From: Antedon mediterranea
Taxonomy: Eukaryota; Animalia; Echinodermata
Reading direction: 5' to 3'
Assembly (NCBI RefSeq): GCF_964355755.1
Contig: NC_092675.1
Coordinates: 7,187,812 to 7,251,811 of the forward strand
DNA: 64,000 nucleotides
Made by a program: the position numbers and the translations under genes. A model generated the notes under the pieces. It was not told where the DNA came from and ran no database searches. It worked only from the letters and a program-made list of their open reading frames with translations. Of this stretch, positions 1-12,309 are shown piece by piece; position 1 is the first letter of the stretch, and each line of letters opens with the position of its first letter.

Positions 1-469
1 ACCTTGGGTGCAAATTATACAATTAATTGATGTTAAGGCCACTGACTACTCTTTTCTGTATAGAAACACTGAATTGACTGAATAATAAGAAAACCCTACA
101 ATAATTTCTACTACTACTTGATATGGTGTTATACAAGAACTATATTAAAAGAATTGAATGTATGGAGAATGAAAAGTTATACGTTATAACTTATGTAAAA
201 CATCACTTAGATGATATCTATCAGATATATCATTTTCTAAAAATTGTTTCATTAGTTAGAATAGATCACGGAAAACCAATACCAATACTGATCTGGACTC
301 GGAAATTCAAAATGTAGCAGGCAACGTTTCACCAATGAAAACTTTCAAGACAAACAAAGTATCATAATTATCATGATATTCATTTTTATTTAATAACGAT
401 AAATGGATATAAATATTTCGTCTTTTTTGTTATTTTGTGATGGAAAATATATTGAGTGAACATTGGCAC

Positions 470-700
470 TGAGCTTAAATGTTCCCCGTCAAATTATGAT
501 GTCCATCTTATCTCAATTTTAATGTCCTACACCCGATAATAGAATACACATCTAGCTCGTGTGTACTTAAAGAACCTAGTACATCTTTCGAGACGCGTGG
601 AGGGTTACCCCGGTGTATTAGTACATCACAGCCACTGATCACCAACTGGGCCCTCTGGGAGATCTGTCTTTGACTGAAGAGGTTACCCAGTATAAATATA
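470..700 (+). mobile_element. SINE-like dispersed repeat; related core on minus strand at about 35895-35940
   Basis: Shared core TAAAGAACC(T/C)AGTACATCTTTCG. Confidence 0.5.
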
Positions 701-739
701 TATTTCAGTTCAATTCAATAGAATAACTGTACAGTAGGC

Positions 740-1290
740 TCCCATTTGATGCAATGTGTTACCCAATGTGCTCAATTTGATTGTGCTACCCAAATCCATG
801 CTATCCATTTGAAATAATTTGCTATCCATTTGAAAGAATGTGCTACCCGATAATCAGTATAGAATAATGTACAGTACAATTATATCCATTTGATTGTGCT
901 ACCTAATGTGCCATCCATTTGAAAGAATGTGCTATCCATTTGAAAGAATGTGCTACCCGATAATCCGTATAAAATAATGTACAGTACTATATCCATTTGA
1001 TTGTGCTACCTAATGTGCTATCCATTTGAAAGAATGTGCTACCCGATAATCCTTATAGAATAATGTACAGTACTATATCCATTTGGCTGTGCTACCTAAT
1101 GTGCTATCCATTTGAAAGAATGTGCTATCCATTTGAAAGAATGTGCTATCCATTTGAAAGAATGTGCTACCCGATAATCCGTATAGAATGCACAGTACAG
1201 TTATATCATAGTTATATCCATTTGATTGAACTATCTATTGTGCTATCCGTTTGAACTAATGTGCTGTCTGTTTGAAATAATTCAGGTTTT
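740..1290. repeat. Minisatellite, 21-bp unit TGTGCTATCCATTTGAAAGAA with higher-order units of roughly 95-140 bp
   Basis: Visible tandem units. Confidence 0.9.
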
Positions 1291-2327
1291 TTTTTTTTAA
1301 TATGTTTTGCTATCCATTTTAAACGTGCTAAACAAGTTACATATTTGTTGATATAAATTTGCGGTACACCACGTAGGCCTATATTAGTTCTGAAAAGAAC
1401 TGTTGAGTTGCTTGACGTTTCAATTTAGGCCTACTCCAAAGTCAAAGTCTCCAAAGCTATTCCATCATGTCGTATTCGGGGAATCGCCCACAAGTGTTTT
1501 CTCAGAGAAAGGTATGTTCTGTATGGGGTTCTGTATGCTATTTGTTAATAATGTACAAAAAATGAAATGAAAAATCATATTAATTATCGGTATGTACGGA
1601 GGAAGCTCGAACAAGACGAAGCGCGAAACAAATAAAAGCGCAGCACGAAACATCTGAAATGATATACAATTTCTCAAAACATGAAAACACAGAATATATT
1701 ATATTAATATAACTTTTTAATATTTCCAAAGGCTCGGACAAGGAAGAATGGCCTTAAAAAACTGAATTGCTATATGTTAGACCACATTTCCATAACTTTT
1801 CAAAACTCATCGAACCCTCTGCTAGTAGGCCTAATTAATATAGGAGCGTATCGCCAAATCATTAGAGAAAAAAAAAACATGGCATGAAGATGTAATTAAT
1901 CAAACAACGGCCAAAGAATATCAACAATTTTAATTTAGGTTTCGATTCGTAATTACTAATGTGGTGGACTAAGCCTAGTTTGAAACTATAGTGACCATTT
2001 ATTTTAGAAAGAAAGATAGACAAATTTGTTTCCATCTCCATGTTATTGTTAATACCAAGGCACTTTTCAATTGAAAATTCTGGCCTAGTATTCTTGCAAG
2101 GTCGTCACAGCTCCAGTTACAAAGGTCGTCACAGCTCCAGTTACAAACGGTGATACAAAGTGTCAATCATTTGACCAGTGAACAGCCCACTGGTAGGATA
2201 GTCCTTGAAACCGTCCGTAAAACACATTAATCACTCACATCAGTCATGCCGCTAATGGTTGAAAACCTCACTTTTTGGGGTTTTCAAACGTAACGCTATC
2301 CGGGGCTCCTGCGCCTAATGCACTAAC

Positions 2328-2597
2328 CTCTAATTATCAATTCAATAAATGAATGTTTGAATTGACTTCTTTCAGTATCAAAATGAAGTTCATACATCCC
2401 AGCATTTTCAAGTTCAACATTTTCAAATGTTATGCTTGATTGATCATAAAGGTCCTGGAAGTTATCTAGCTTACGACCGTCCTTTCTCCAGATTAGTTCT
2501 TTATTATCAGGATTACTTTCTACATCAAATGATACAGTCACAGTATCTCCTACTGAAGATGTGATACTTGTTTTGTGGTTTGTTGGTATTACAACGG
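2328..2597 (-). CDS. Gene B exon 3, Ig-like domain; gene continues beyond left edge
   Basis: 270 nt, homologous to 55233-55499 (LIWRKDG...[14 protein letters not shown]...FIELIIR). Confidence 0.88.
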
Positions 2598-2828
2598 CTG
2601 AAATTAATTTAACAACTTCAGTAGGCCTAATCTCTGATTTGACATACTAGCAATATTTATCAATATGAAAACTTAAAATGATCAGAATTATACTTTTGGT
2701 CCTCACAAACTTTTCATTTGTAAAGTAGAATTATTAACATAATTAACGACAATTATGAATTATGTGGATATGTCAGATAATAGTTCCAGATCGATAAGTG
2801 TGCATACGATTGTTATTCAGTGGCGGAT

Positions 2829-5800
2829 TAGTAGAGTAGAAATAAGGTTTCACCTCAAAAAAATTGCAACAAAAGGTATTTCAACGGATTTTGGTAGTAT
2901 TAGGTGTACTAAACAACAGAAAAAAAGTCTCAAGAATTTCGACCCCCGGAAAGTGTTTTTTTTCAAGATGGCCGCCAAAATAGATAAAAAGTGAAAATGG
3001 CCATACAGTACCTCCTAAACTACTTGATCTATTGATATAATTTTGGTACTAACATACTCAGAACATACATATTTATATTCGCTATAATAGAACATTTTGG
3101 CCAAAATTGACCGGAAATACCATTTCTGACAATTTGACCTTTGACCTTGATATGTTGTATCTTGGTAACCACTAACCGTAGGGAAACAAATGATGGCTCA
3201 AATTGTTCAGAATGTACATATTTACATTTATTGTAATGAGACATTTTGTCAAAAAATGGTTAGAAGTAAAGGTTATTGACCTTTAACCTTTATCTATGTA
3301 GAATTTCCATATCTCGGCAACTATGTGTGGTAGAGATTTAAAATTGGGCTCTAAATACTGAGAATATACTTATTTATATTTACTCTAATGAAACAGTTTG
3401 ACAGAAAATGACCAGAAACGACATGTTTGACCATTGACCTTGATATGCTATATTTCGATAATGACTGACTGAGATACACCATTTATGGCTCAATTTGTTC
3501 AGAATATAATTATAACTTTTAAATTTCTAATTACGGTATAGCAGCAATTGATTAGATATTGTGCATGTATTTAGTACGGCATCTTAAACAACTGTTCCAA
3601 CTTCGTCTTCATCATCGTCATCAATCTTTCTATCTACGTTGTCCCATTCTTCTAGTTGACACACTCCACAAACTGAAGTACATGCCAATCCATAGCGTCT
3701 ACAACTGCAACATACAGTTTTACATCCAGTAGTACAGTTACAATGGATGATTTTCAAAGTTCTTCTGGAGCAGCAGTTTCCATCGTCATTATTGGCACAA
3801 ATGTTTTATTACAAACTTTCCATCCCCACTTGGTAGCATCCATGGTATTATCTTTCTATAGCCATTGCATGATTTGACTGACATTCTGTAGCAGATGACG
3901 TTGGTGGTAGTTGTTGAGGCTAGGTTTGATAAATGATTTACCCTCAACAACTTTTTTATTAAATAGCTTGCATCTGTAGCTATTCAGGGAATCCAGTGAC
4001 TTCGCTCCAAAAAGAATAGACATGTCCTTCAGTCCAAACTCCTCGATAGTTTAAAGTTTCTGATGCGGTTGAGTGAAAATATCGGCACACATGTCATATT
4101 CTGGGTTACTTTCAATCAATTTATTAAATGCCGCTTTCTTGCCGATTCCGAAAATCCTAGACGTCGAATCACAACCAGTGAATGCATGCACTATGGGTAA
4201 TGCATTTCACATTTTATATCCTAAAACAGATTTCAATCTGGTTACATTAATCACTCTAGTAGGCCCATCTTTTCCTTTGTCTAATCTGAAGTACACTTCT
4301 CGGTTTGTTGTATTTACATGATACAGTAAAAGTACCAGTAAGTCCGTGTCTTCTCCAATCAAAGTTACTGTATTATGTTCAGAGACTTCAACTGTTGCCA
4401 CAGAGCAATGTCAGCATCGGCATTGTTTTTTTTTGTTTTTTTTAAAACCATATTTAATGAGGGTGATCCACGCAGCTATTGCTGATCATTAGGGACCCTC
4501 AGAGGTTCACAAGACAAACATATACACAAGATGCTCTACAAAACAAAGTCTTATTACAAGTCTTTGGGAGTGGAGTAATTTGGTCCTTAGAAAAAATCCT
4601 GACATGTGACGGGACTTGAACTCAGGACCCTTGGAGTGGTAGCCAAGCATCATAACCATAACTCGTTGGCTGCATGTCGTACAGGACATTCTTTTTTCTG
4701 TAGCTCATATGAAAGCATGTTGATAAATTTGTGTTTGTTCTCATGCCTTGACAGGAATTCTTCTTTCTTTCCATCAAATTCAGTTAGGCCAAATCTCTCT
4801 AGACGATGTAATGAAATATGAACTAAGTCCGTTTCCACCCTCACTCTTCGAAGCCAAAGACATCTTTAGGAAGGCAAATAAACCAATAAATTGATAGAAA
4901 GTAACCTAGAATATGACACTGATGTGTGCCGATATTTTCACTCAACCGCATCAGAAACTTCAAACTATCGAGGAGTTTGGATTAAAGGCCATGTCTATTC
5001 TTTTTGGAGCCAAGTCACTGGATTTCCTAAATAGCTACAGATGCAAGCTGTTTAATAAGAAAGTTGCTGAGGGTAAATAATTTATCAAACCTCAACAACT
5101 ACTACCACCAACCTCATCTGCTACAAAATGTCACAGTCTTAGAATATACTATCAAATCATGCAATGGATAAAGAAAGATAATACCATGGATGCTGCCAAG
5201 TCGGGGAAGTTTTTAATAAAACATTTGTGCCAATAATGACGATTGAAACTGCTGCTTCAGAAGAACTTTTGAAAATCATCCATTGTAACTGTACTACTGG
5301 ATGTAAAACTGTATGTTGCAGTTGTAGATGCTATGGATTGGCATGTGCTTCAGTTTGTGGAGTGTGTCAACTAAAAGAATGCGACAACGTAGTTAGAGAG
5401 ATTGACGACGATGATGACGAAGTTGAAACAGTTGTTTAGGATGCCGTACTAAATACATGCACAATATCCAATCAACTGCTGCTATACCGTAATTAGAAAT
5501 TTAAAATTATTATTATATTCGTTTTTGTTTACTTTTCCGGTTTTTTATTCACTATTATTATTAAGAATGTATACAGTACTGTATGTTCTGAACAATTTGA
5601 ACTTGAACTCATATTCTAAATATAATATAATAAATGTAAAATATTACAGTTACTTGATTCCCAGGAAAGCTCTTAATTCCATGGGTAGATTAGACCATTA
5701 CGAAATAAAAATAATTATATTCTGAACAAATTGAGCCATAAATAGTGTATCTCAGTCAGTCATTATCGAAATATAGCATGTCAAGGTCAATGGTAAAAAA

Positions 5801-6402
5801 AATGTCGTTTCTGGTCATTTTTTGTCAAACTGTTTCATTAGAGTAAATATAAATAAGTATATTCTCAGTATTTAGAGCCCAATTTTAAATCTCTACCACA
5901 CATAGTTGCCGAGATATGGAAATTCTACATAGATAAAGGTTAAAGGTCAATAACCTTTACTTCCAACCATTTTTTGACGAAATGTCTTATTACAATAAAT
6001 GTAAATATGTACATTCTGAACAATTTGAGCCATCATTTGTTTCCCTACGGTCAGTTATTACCAAGATACAACATATCAAGGTCAAAGGTCAAATTGTCAG
6101 AAATGGTATTTCCGGTCAATTTTGGCCAAAATGTTCTATTATAGCGAATATAAATATGCATGTTCTGAGTATGTTGGTACCAAAATTATATCAATAGACC
6201 AAGTAGTTTAGGAGGTATGGCCATTTTCACTTTTTATCTATTTTGGCGGCCATCTTGAAAAAAACCACTTTCCGGGGGTCGAAATTCTTGAGACTTTTTT
6301 TCTGTTGTTTAGTAGAATCAATACTACCAAATTCCGTTGAAAAACCTTTTGTTGCAATTTTTTTGAGGTTGGCCCCTTTTTTTCATTAGTTCTACTCTAC
6401 TA
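2829..6402. mobile_element. Academ-type (XPG/PIN plus Cys-rich) DNA transposon derivative, fold-back palindrome
   Basis: Ends TAGTAGAGTAGAA...TTCTACTCTACTA, TSD GAT. Arms about 2829-4125 and 4885-6402 are inverted copies. Degenerate coding motifs: YELSPFPPSLF, GEDTDLLVLL, HAFTGCDSTSRIFGIGK, CNCTTGC..CCSC..GL.C..VCGVC. Confidence 0.88.
4425..4662 (-). mobile_element. tRNA-derived SINE-like insertion inside Academ element 1
   Basis: Minus-strand B-box-like GAGTTCAAGTCC and A-rich tail; interrupts the transposase motif HAAN/DADAD. Confidence 0.6.
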
Positions 6403-6569
6403 GATGAAATAAGAAAAATCCAAATTTTAAAAATTCAACAGATTGTTAAACTTTAAATTTGGAGCAGAAACGTAACTTTGGAAAATCTTAATCTGCTGGA
6501 AAATAATGTACCATGGTTTTCCATTTAGTGGTCTTCTAACTGTCCTGAAAAGATTGTGTCTATGGCAGT

Positions 6570-6971
6570 TGTAGTGAATTTATTTTAGTTGGTTCCGAGC
6601 TTTCTCTGGCGTATATATATAACTCCACGCGACGTACACTGTCACTGAATGATAACTCATACAAAAAGTATATTCAACTCAACTAGAACTTTTATTCCTT
6701 GTAATTCGATTAATACATCTTTCTACCACTACCAGTCAAGCCTTAATATTTTCTTTATCATCTTTCCGTTTATCTACTCTGATCTTATTCTCTCTTCTCC
6801 TCTAATATCTATTACATTCTACTTTTATACTGGATATGCAAATTTTAGGCTTCAGAAGAGGATAACATTTTCCCTCCAAAAATTATACGATTTTGATAGG
6901 CTAATAATAAGGCGGACCTGGTCTAAAGCATCCTTCTCTAAACATAGAGAATCACAACATTTAATATGACA
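6570..6971 (-). repeat. 3' LTR of Gypsy element
   Basis: TGTCA...CACTACA; its end matches the stub next to the PBS; adjacent polypurine tract. Confidence 0.85.
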
Positions 6972-7072
6972 TTCCCCTTTTTGGGAAAAAGATTGTGTCA
7001 ATCTTTCCAAAAATTTAACATTTAAAACCATTATACTTTAAGCTATCTACTAATAACACCTCTATAACATTA

Positions 7073-7540
7073 TTATGCACGGCTTAATCCATCTGCATTT
7101 CCATTTAATGATCCTTTCTTGTAAATAACTTTAAATTTATATCCTTGTAAAAACAGAGCCCATCTCATAAGTCTAACATTGGCACCCTTCATTGAGTCCA
7201 TCCATCTCAATGCCTGGTGGTCAGTATGAACTTGAAATTCACAACCATACAGATAATACTTAAGTTTATTGATAGCCCAAACAATAGAGAGGCACTCTTT
7301 TTCTGGCACAGAATATCTCTGCTCATGTACAGATAACTTTCTACTTAAGTACACAATGGGATAATCATTACCCTCACCATCTATTTGGCTCAGAACTGCA
7401 CCTATGCCATAATTTGAGGCATCGGTTTGCAATATAAACATCTTATCAAAATTTGGGGCTTTTAATACATTATCATCAGTAAGTCGTTTCTTTAAAGTTA
7501 CAAAGGCATTTTCACATTGTTCATTCCACTTAACGGTATT
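7073..7540 (-). pseudogene. Gypsy pol RT connection and RNase H fragment
   Basis: FILQTDASNYGIGAVLSQ, YLSRKL, EKECLSIVWA, VHTDHQAL, RLMRWAL, NGNADGLSR-stop. Confidence 0.93.
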
Positions 7541-7904
7541 ACAGTGAGACAGCCAGTCGACAAATCGTGTCAAATTTCGACTCGGAGAGGGCGCCCTACT
7601 TTTCTAATTTAGTTCAAAATTGCTAAATTTTAGGGTGTTGGAAAAACACAATATTTGTAAATTTAGCTGATTATCGGAAAAATATTGTTAGTGAAATAAA
7701 TTCATAAATGGTTTTAATATATTGTCACGTAAAATTAAATGTATTTGAACAAAACGATAATCTGTAATTTAACGGCAAAATCAACCAATGTCTTTTTTCC
7801 GAAATTGTACCCTAGAAAATCGTTAAAATAAAATATTTAGAAAAATTGAACAGTCCTGAATTTAAAATCCCTGTTAGAAAAATTAATAATCTACAGAATA
7901 CGAT

Positions 7905-9261
7905 ATTAAGATACAAAATATTTCTGTTCCATTCATATCATCTAAACACTTAGTCTTATTTACTTTGTTGTCATTTACTACTGTTTTCAACAATTGTACA
8001 TTAGTTTCTTTAGGCGGCTCTTCTATCGGCTTAAAGTTACTATCTTTCCCTAACAATTTCATTTCGTCTTGTATTCTAACATCATTTTCTATTCTGGCTT
8101 GCTCCCTAGTTAGGACGAACATTTCTTTAGCCATTGTTTCCCCACAATTCTGGTCCAAATCATGACCCAATAACATGTCCCTCTGTAATCCTTCGATTAC
8201 GGCTACAGTCACTTTTCCTGTCACTATCTTACTTTCTATAGCTACCTCAGCTAAGGGGACGGTAATATCGCCTCCTATACCTCTTAACGTAACCCATTTT
8301 CCTGGCAAGTAACATTTGTTAGGCACTAGACTTTCCTTAACAGCTGACTGGGTACATCCCGAGTCTGGGTATTGCTAAACACCGCAAACCTCCAAAAAAA
8401 CATAGCAAACCCCATCGAACCAACATGAAAGTGATTGAATCATGTAGTGTACAACCCACTGGGTATATCCATGTAAAAAAAAATTAAATTTCTACTGTTA
8501 ACAATTTATTTTTGGGGTAAAACATCATTTTTTGGTCAAAAATGATTGCTAAACCCCGCAAACCTCCAAAAAAATATAGCAAACCCCACCGAACCAACAT
8601 AAAAGTGATTGAATCATGTAGTGTACAACCCACTGGGTATATCCATGTAAAAAAAATATTAAATTTCTACTGTTAACTATTTATTTTTGGGGTAAAACAT
8701 CATTTTTTGGTCAAAAATGATTGCTAACTTTTAACCAAAAAATGATGTTTTATCCGCAAAAAAGTAGTTAACAGTAGAAATTTAATATTTATATACCGAG
8801 TGGGTCGTACACTACATTATTCAATCACTTTAATGTTGGTTCGGTGGGGTTTGCTATGGTTTTTTGGAGGTTTGCGGGGTTTAACAATCATTTTTGACCA
8901 AAAAATGATGTTTTACCCCAAAAATAAGTTGTTAACAGTAGAAATTTAATTTTTTTTTACATTGATATACCCAGTGGGTTGTACACTACATGATTCAATC
9001 ACTTTTATGTTGGTTCGGTGGGGTTTGCTATGTTTTTTTGGAGGTTTGCGGGGGTTTGCGGTGTTTAGCAATACCCCCCGAGTCTCTTAGCATAGTTATA
9101 TCCTGTCCTTCTAATTTTCCTGGTATTGTACACTTCTCCATTTTATTTTCTACACTATCCATAACTACTTGGGGTCTATCTGATTTTATTTCTTCACATC
9201 TTAAGCCATCTTTCACATTCGGGCCCTTCTTAGTGTCACTAGTCTTTCCTTTTGCTACCAT
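7905..9261 (-). pseudogene. Gypsy aspartic protease, split by foldback insertion
   Basis: Removing 8367-9076 and one TSD copy restores MLRDSGCTQSAV...VPLAEV...DMLLGHDL. Confidence 0.85.
8367..9076. mobile_element. Foldback/MITE with 9-bp TSD (Mutator-like)
   Basis: TIR GGGTATTGCTAAACACCGCAAACC; two units of about 175 bp per arm; TSD CCCGAGTCT at 8358-8366 and 9077-9085. Confidence 0.9.
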
Positions 9262-10361
9262 CTTAGGACAATCCCCTATTTAATATGTCCCTTCTCCTTA
9301 CAATTAAAGCATAGGCCATTAATCCATTCATTTGAAGGTTCTCTCTGTTGGAAATTTCTACCATAGTTATGGAATTTGCCTCCCCTTCCGCGATACCTAT
9401 AGTATCCTTGCTGCCTAGCTCCAGTGTTATTCTGAGTCGTACTATTCTTAGGTTTACTATTTTCTTGGCCCTTATAATACGTAGGCTTATTTTCAGAATT
9501 TACGGCATTCCAATAGCCACGGCCACCTCTATTAGCTATATAATCATCGGCTATCATAGCCATATCATTGCTCTTATTTACTTGTTTATCTCTAAGATAA
9601 AGCCTCAGATCTTCAGGCATTTTATCAAGTGCCTGTTCCATTATAATCATTTCAATAATGCCTGCAGCATCATCTTCTACATTAGCACATTTCATCCAAC
9701 ATTTTCAATAATGGGAGAGCTCATTCAGCCATTCCCTGATGGACATATCTTTAACTCTGTTTGAATTTCTAAATTTAAATCTGTAGGTCTCTGCGGACAT
9801 ATCATACGTTTCTAAGATTGCCTTCTTTAAGGTATCATAATCTACACATTCTTTTACGGTTAAGGATGCATATGCTGTCCTAGCTTTACCAGACAGTTCA
9901 GGTGCTAACCTAGCGGACCACGTATTCTTATCCCAACCTGTGGCTTCTGCCAAGTGTTCTAATGTTCTAAAATATATATCAATATCATCTGATTCCTTCA
10001 AAGTAGGAACCTTTACCTTCATTTCATCTACTATATTCCTAGCATTACTGTAGCTAGACCTATTTTCTAATTCCATCATTTTCACTCTTTCTTGTGATTC
10101 AATTTTTCTTTGCTCTATATCTGCTTTTAATTGGTCTTGTAATTCTAACTTTTTGTTTTCGGCCTCGAACTTCATTCGAAAATATTCGAGCATCATATCT
10201 TTAGGCATACCGCCGGGTATTTCGGGCAAATCAATATCCCTAGCCATTTTATCATATATTTCATTGACTTGGTCAACCTCTTCTCGGTCAACCATATCTT
10301 CCCTAGTATCTTTTTCTGACATAGTCTTATCTATATTTTTACCCGATCTTAAAGTTGTCAT
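9262..10361 (-). pseudogene. Gypsy gag (SCAN-like capsid region and CCHC knuckle), frameshifted
   Basis: DIDIYFRTLE...W...LSGKA..AY...YDTLKKAIL..Y...ETYR.KFR; EQ.L..MPEDLR; CFNCKEKGH. Confidence 0.88.
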
Positions 10362-11499
10362 GCTAATAACAATTTTACTAATGAAATATGTAAACTTATG
10401 TATACAAAATATGTTATAAAAGTATTTGTATTACCTTGATTCCATTCAGATATGTAAAAAATATGAAATCCACATAAATTTTTTTAAATGCAATACAATA
10501 TAAGACATTAATTTACTTCAAAGTCACAGACAACGTTCCAAGTTCGCTCCGTACAAAAATTTACTTTCGAAATAAAAAAAGTTTACAAAGTCAGCTTTGC
10601 AAATCTTCTCCAAATTACTGGGCTTCCTTCTGTTACTTCAGTCTTCTTCTTTCAGACCTCGGTGAATATATACAGTATCTCCGATGAATATCCAGCAGTC
10701 TTGAGCTCAACAGTACTTCTTCTTCGTTGTAATATCCAAACAACGCACGGTATAAAAACTGTCAGGAATCCAGATCTTCGTAACCATTTAACTTTTTGGT
10801 TACTGATTTAACAGACCCGTAGAGTAGGCACTGTCACTTCTTCTTCTTCTTGATACTTAAATCATTAAACAAAAATTTTCACCGCTGCCACCATGTAGTG
10901 AATTGGTTGGTTCCATAATTAAAAATCAATAACGCTTATTAGCACTGCTAGTAGTTGTAGTTAGTTATTATTAGATGTTTTGTTTTATTATACTGTATCA
11001 TAATTCCTCTTTATATAAGATGAATGAGTTATATCATAACATTTGGGGGACAAAGCATCTTTAATATTAGCTTAATAATAATTAGCTTGAGGTCTAACAG
11101 AACAAAGATTGTCATACAACTGTAACCTAAAAAATATTGAGCTAAAACATTAATACCTCTGTGTCATTTATACTGAATAGTCCGGTTTGTTTCAGTGGTG
11201 TTTTTACTATTTTTGTTGTATGATTTCTTGAATGTTTTATATCATAGGTTTATATTTTTACTTTATATTTTTAATATAATTTTATTTGTTTAATTGTGTG
11301 TAAATATTAAATTTAATCTGACCCCGTCTGTTTGTAATTTATTCAAACATTGTTACTAATGACTATTATTTGGACATGAAAATATACTGTACTGTTAATT
11401 CTATTAAAAACAAAAATAAATGCAGGGGGAAAACGATTGATATCCCCTGTTTACAATAACATGTTTTAATTAAATGTAAATCCAAAGGAAAATTACTAA

Positions 11500-12220
11500 A
11501 AATAATGACAATGCTGTGGGTATCGGTGGCTGGATCACGATGGAGATACAAAATAAGCAGAAAGCTAAATAAAAACGATAAAGTAAAACAGTCATAAAAA
11601 ATAAGCACAGCTTTCGGGCAACACTAGCCCTTCACCAGGCAGTGCAAGTGAGTGTACTTGGACAAAGTAGATAGTATAATAAGCAGAAGGAATAAAAGAA
11701 ATAAGACCAAGGAGGAACAGGCTGGTGAATAGAGGGTGGTGAGAGTAACAAAAAGAAGATAGCTTGGACATTTTGGAATAGAACTTTAAAAAACAGCTTA
11801 AATGGTGTTTAATATTAAGACTTAAATGTATAGGTAGTCAATGGAATAATTTTACCGATCTGGGAGTATATGTTTACTGTTAAGTCCAAAAGGTTTTGTG
11901 GGTTTAAGTAGTAATTCCAAATGGTTTTTTTTCGCTCCATTTGACATCGTGGTCTATTGCAATAACTCTGAAATTTGCAATCGAGTAACCAGCTGTGTCA
12001 TTCTCATACGGAAAGTGTTTTTTGTTTCTCCGACGTACTGTTTACAACAAATATTACAGTATATGAGATAAATGACGTTTTTGGTTAGATAATTGATTGA
12101 TTGTCTAATTCGAAAAATGCGACCAGATTGGTTATTCGTGAATGTTTCAGTAGAGTCCAAACCAATGAACAAATTTTACAGGATTTGCCGCAAAGGTGAA
12201 ATTTTCGCTGTCGTGAGAGT
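11500..12220 (-). mobile_element. Penelope-like element fragment: GIY-YIG endonuclease plus terminal repeat
   Basis: TKNVIYLIYCNICCKQYVGETKN.FR.R; repeat 11510-11640 recurs at 17695-17825. Confidence 0.75.
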
Positions 12221-12309
12221 CAATTTGACTCTTAAATTTAGATCTAACTAATATATAGTAGATCTTAAGTCAGTTGATAATACTAATAAGAATATTTATA
12301 GGCCTAATG

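Larger units (their letters stand above)
6570..10914 (-). mobile_element. Ty3/Gypsy LTR retrotransposon relic, Gmr1-like, internally deleted
   Basis: 3' LTR 6570-6971 (TG...CA), PPT at about 6972-6983, PBS TGGTGGCAGCGG at 10882-10893, 5' LTR stub 10894-10914, gag, protease and RNase H fragments. Confidence 0.9.

Noticed and set aside
740-1290. Repeat array as CRISPR, or ORF 1036-1254 (MCYPFER repeats) as a protein
   Set aside because: Tandem minisatellite without unique spacers, no cas genes, eukaryotic context; the ORF is a by-product of the 21-bp unit.
3029-6197. Twin ORFs 3029-3244 (-) and 5982-6197 (+) as duplicated small genes
   Set aside because: They are mirror images within the non-coding inverted arms of the transposon and have no recognisable motif.
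9348-10419. Plus-strand ORFs 9348-9764 and 10153-10419
   Set aside because: Antisense shadows of the Gypsy gag.
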